A stretch of DNA of 64,000 bases from an uncultured Gemmatimonadales bacterium. GTDB taxonomy: Bacteria; Gemmatimonadota; Gemmatimonadetes; Gemmatimonadales; GWC2-71-9. Shown here piece after piece: positions 61,284 to 64,000 of this stretch (positions are counted from its first letter, which is position 1; every line of letters begins with the position of its first letter). Position numbers and translations under genes: made by a program. The stretch lies in the NCBI GenBank assembly GCA_963779755.1, contig CAVZZO010000003.1, forward strand, positions 1,756,782 to 1,820,781, read 5' to 3'. Under the pieces are notes generated by a model. It did not search any database. It saw only the letters and a program-made list of their open reading frames with translations, and was not told where the DNA came from.

Positions 61284-61577
61284 ATGGGAATGCGACGACG
61301 GTACACGCGGGAGTATAAGATCGAAGCGGTACGGCTGGTAACGGAGCGCCGGGTCTCGATGGCCCAGGCCGCCCGTGATCTGGGCGTGCACCTCAACACC
61401 CTGCGTAAATGGGTGCGGGAGTTTCGGGCGGACCCGCAGCAGGCCTTCCCCGGCGAAGGGATCCAGCGCCCGGACGCCGCCGAACTCACCCGGCTCCGGC
61501 GCGAGGTCGCCAAGCTGCGCCAGGAGCGCGACGTCCTAAAAAAAGCCGCGGCCTTCTTTGCCAAGGAGTCGATGTGA
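61284..61577 (+). CDS. IS3 OrfA
   Basis: RRYTREYKIEAV HTH, LKKAAAFF; A7G slippery site at 61538-61545. Confidence 0.9.
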   Translation: MGMRRRYTREYKIEAVRLVTERRVSMAQAARDLGVHLNTLRKWVREFRADPQQAFPGEGIQRPDAAELTRLRREVAKLRQERDVLKKAAAFFAKESM

Positions 61578-62164
61578 AGTACGGCTTCGTGGCAGCACAC
61601 CGAGGAATCTGGCCGGTGGATCTGATGTGCGGGGCGCTCGGTGTCGCCCGGAGCGGGTTCTACGCCTGGCGGGATCGGCCCCAGAGCGCCCGGGCCCTCG
61701 CGAACGCTCGGCTCGACCAGGTGGTGCGTCGCAGCTTCGAGGCGAGTGATCGCACCTACGGCGCCCGCCGGGTCTGGTATGATGTGCTCGCGGCGGGGCT
61801 CGAGGCCGGGCGGCATCGGATCGCGCGGCGGATGCGCCTGGCGGGGCTGCGCGCTCGTCCCCGCCGGCGTCACCGGCCCAGCACACTGGCCGGCCCGGCG
61901 GGGATTCCGGCGGCCAATGTGCTGGCGCGGGACTTCGCGGCCCCCGGACCGAATCAGAAGTGGGTGGCGGACTTCACCTACGTCTGGACGGCGGAGGGCT
62001 GGCTCTTTGTGGCGGTGGTGCTGGACCTCTTCTCCCGTCGCATCGTCGGGTGGGCGATGCAGTCGGCCATGACCACCCAGCTGGTGACCGACGCGCTCGT
62101 GATGGCCGTGTGGCGCCGGGGAGCCAGCCGGACAGTCCTGCACCATTCGGATCGGGGCAGTCAG

Positions 62165-63636
62165 GGCGGATTCAAGTGGTCGTCGCAACACCCACTCTGT
62201 GGAGGTTGCGATGGGAGTACCGAAGCGTCGAAGGAGCGATCGGTCGGGGCGAGCCAAGGTGCGCTCGCCCGGGCGCCCGCCAGTGGGGCGGCGTGAGGAC
62301 CGGCGGGTGTTCTGGGCGGCGATCGCACGGGGCGAGTATCCCGCGGTGGCGGTCGCCGACGCCCGCGTGTCGTGGGTGGTGGGAGTGCGCTGGTTCCGCC
62401 AAGCTGGAGGGATGCCTCCCTCGCATCTGGCCCCGGGGGCGCCACCGCTCTCGGGGCGCTACCTCTCGTTCGCGGAGCGCGAGCAGCTCGCCCTCCTCAG
62501 GGCCCAGCGACTCGGCGTGCGCGAGTGTGCCCGTTGGCTCCATCGCGCGCCGTCGACGATCTCGCGCGAGTTGCGCCGCAACGCGGCCACGCGCAGCGGC
62601 GCGCTCGATTACCGCGCCACCACGGCGCAGTGGCACGCCGATCGTGCGGCCTGTCGACCAAAGGCGGCAAAGCTGGCAATCGATCCGCGGCTGCAGCAGT
62701 ATGTGCAGGAGCGGCTGGCGGGAGTAATTGCATTCCCCGACGGCGTGCCGATCCACGGGCCGGCGGTGCCGTGGAAGGGTCGGCGGCACGGGCGTCGCCA
62801 GCACCGGCGCTGGGGGCGCGCGTGGAGCCCCGAGCAGATCGCGCACCGGCTCCCCCTCGACTATCCAGACGATCCGACGATGCGCATCAGCCACGAGGCG
62901 ATTTACCAGGCCCTCTACGTGCAGGGCCGTGGTGCGCTCCGTCGGGAACTCACCGCGTACCTGCGCACGGGGCGAGCCTTGCGGGTCCCGCGAGCCCGCA
63001 CGCGCGGCCGGGGCAAGCGCTTTGTCACGCCGGAGCTGCGGATCGCCGAGCGCCCGGCGGAAGTTGAGGATCGTGCGGTTCCAGGGCATTGGGAAGGCGA
63101 CCTGATCCTCGGGCTCGGCAGCTCGGCCATCGGCACGCTCGTCGAGCGTACCACCCGCTTCACCGTGCTGCTGCACCTGCCGCGTATGGCGACACACGCC
63201 ACGGGCGCCCGGACGACCGACACGCGGAACGGCCCGCCCCTAGCGGGGCACGGTGCCACCGCCGTGCGGGACGCGATCGTCCGCACGATGCGCACGGTGC
63301 CGCGCCAGCTTTGGCGCTCGCTCACGTGGGATCAAGGCGCTGAGATGGCCGAGCACGCCCAGCTCCGGATCGACACCGGCCTCGCGGTCTACTTCTGTGA
63401 TCCGCACAGCCCGTGGCAGCGCGGAACCAACGAGAACACGAACGGGCTGCTGCGGCAGTTCTTCCCGAAAGGGACCGACCTCAGCGTCCACCGCGCCGCG
63501 ATCCTCGATGCGGTCGCGCTCGCCCTCAACGCGCGTCCGCGGAAGACCTTGGACTGGCGTACCCCTGCCGAAGCCTTCGCCACCCTGCTACGATCTGCAG
63601 TGACAACGACCGTTGCGACGACCGATTGAACCTGGG
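62165..63636 (+). mobile_element. IS30-family element
   Basis: Imperfect IRs around TTCAAnnGGTCGTCGCAAC; CAG duplication at 62162-62164 and 63637-63639. Confidence 0.9.
62211..63629 (+). CDS. IS30 transposase
   Basis: STISRELRRN, WSPEQI, PGHWEGDL, LTWDQG, SPWQRGTNENTNGLLRQ. Confidence 0.93.
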   Translation: MGVPKRRRSDRSGRAKVRSPGRPPVGRREDRRVFWAAIARGEYPAVAVADARVSWVVGVRWFRQAGGMPPSHLAPGAPPLSGRYLSFAEREQLALLRAQRLGVRECARWLHRAPSTISRELRRNAATRSGALDYRATTAQWHADRAACRPKAAKLAIDPRLQQYVQERLAGVIAFPDGVPIHGPAVPWKGRRHGRRQHRRWGRAWSPEQIAHRLPLDYPDDPTMRISHEAIYQALYVQGRGALRRELTAYLRTGRALRVPRARTRGRGKRFVTPELRIAERPAEVEDRAVPGHWEGDLILGLGSSAIGTLVERTTRFTVLLHLPRMATHATGARTTDTRNGPPLAGHGATAVRDAIVRTMRTVPRQLWRSLTWDQGAEMAEHAQLRIDTGLAVYFCDPHSPWQRGTNENTNGLLRQFFPKGTDLSVHRAAILDAVALALNARPRKTLDWRTPAEAFATLLRSAVTTTVATTD

Positions 63637-64000
63637 CAGTACACGTCGGAACACTTCCAGCACCTCCTCGGGGAGCTGGGCATCACTTGTAGCATGAGTC
63701 GGGCCGGCAACGTCTGGGACAACTCGGCGGTGGAGAGCTTCTTCTCCTCGCTCAAGACGGAACGGACCAGCCGCCGGACTTACCGGACCCGTGCCGCTGC
63801 CCGCGCGGATATCTTCGACTACATCGAGCGCTTCTACAACCCGGTGCGGCGACACTCGACCCTGGGGTATCGCAGCCCGATGGAGTATGAACGGCAGGCG
63901 CAGGAAGCTTAGGAGCGTGTCCACGAAAGTGGGGTCAGCTCACATATTGCAGGCACGCTGAGACAAGACCCCCACTCCGCCAATCCCCAATCCTGAATCC

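Larger units (their letters stand above)
61574..63912 (+). pseudogene. IS3 OrfB DDE integrase core split at HSDRGSQ|YTS
   Basis: WVADFTYV and HHSDRGSQ before 62165; YTS..DNSAVESFF..YN after 63636. Confidence 0.9.
61222..63942 (+). mobile_element. IS3-family element, interrupted by IS30
   Basis: Terminal IRs TGAGCTGACCCC..GGACAC and GTGTCC..GGGGTCAGCTCA; CAT target duplication at 61219-61221 and 63943-63945. Confidence 0.93.

Overview
High-GC bacterial chromosomal segment. Three kinase-TM-TolB_N-TPR paralogues, secreted Ig/FN3 lipoproteins and short-period intergenic repeats suggest a Gemmatimonadota-like host (inference). About ten genes carry single-base frameshifts, probably long-read assembly errors. 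From left to right: (i) an ECF42-type sigma locus (YciI, DoxX, VOC, DinB, beta-propeller plus MoaD-like) with a recurring TGTCGA-N17-CGAC promoter; (ii) a 5x98-bp tandem repeat; (iii) a CarH/LitR-like B12 regulator divergent from a DUF378-fasciclin fusion; (iv) a TonB receptor, membrane protein and TiaS-N-like operon; (v) two large Ig-fold lipoproteins; (vi) a RAYT with nested REPs; (vii) a metzincin plus phosphoesterase cluster, where the phosphoesterase has an N-terminal domain with perfectly mirror-symmetric cysteine spacing; (viii) ArsR/SRPBCC modules, an ArsM-like methyltransferase with a probable selenocysteine UGA and SECIS-like hairpin, and a redox cluster; (ix) a lower-GC defence island (Dcm, GHKL ATPase, Z1, PD-(D/E)XK; Mza-like, with no AIPR gene in the window) bounded by an IS3 that has an IS30 inserted in it. 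All calls come from motif reading only; no searches were run.
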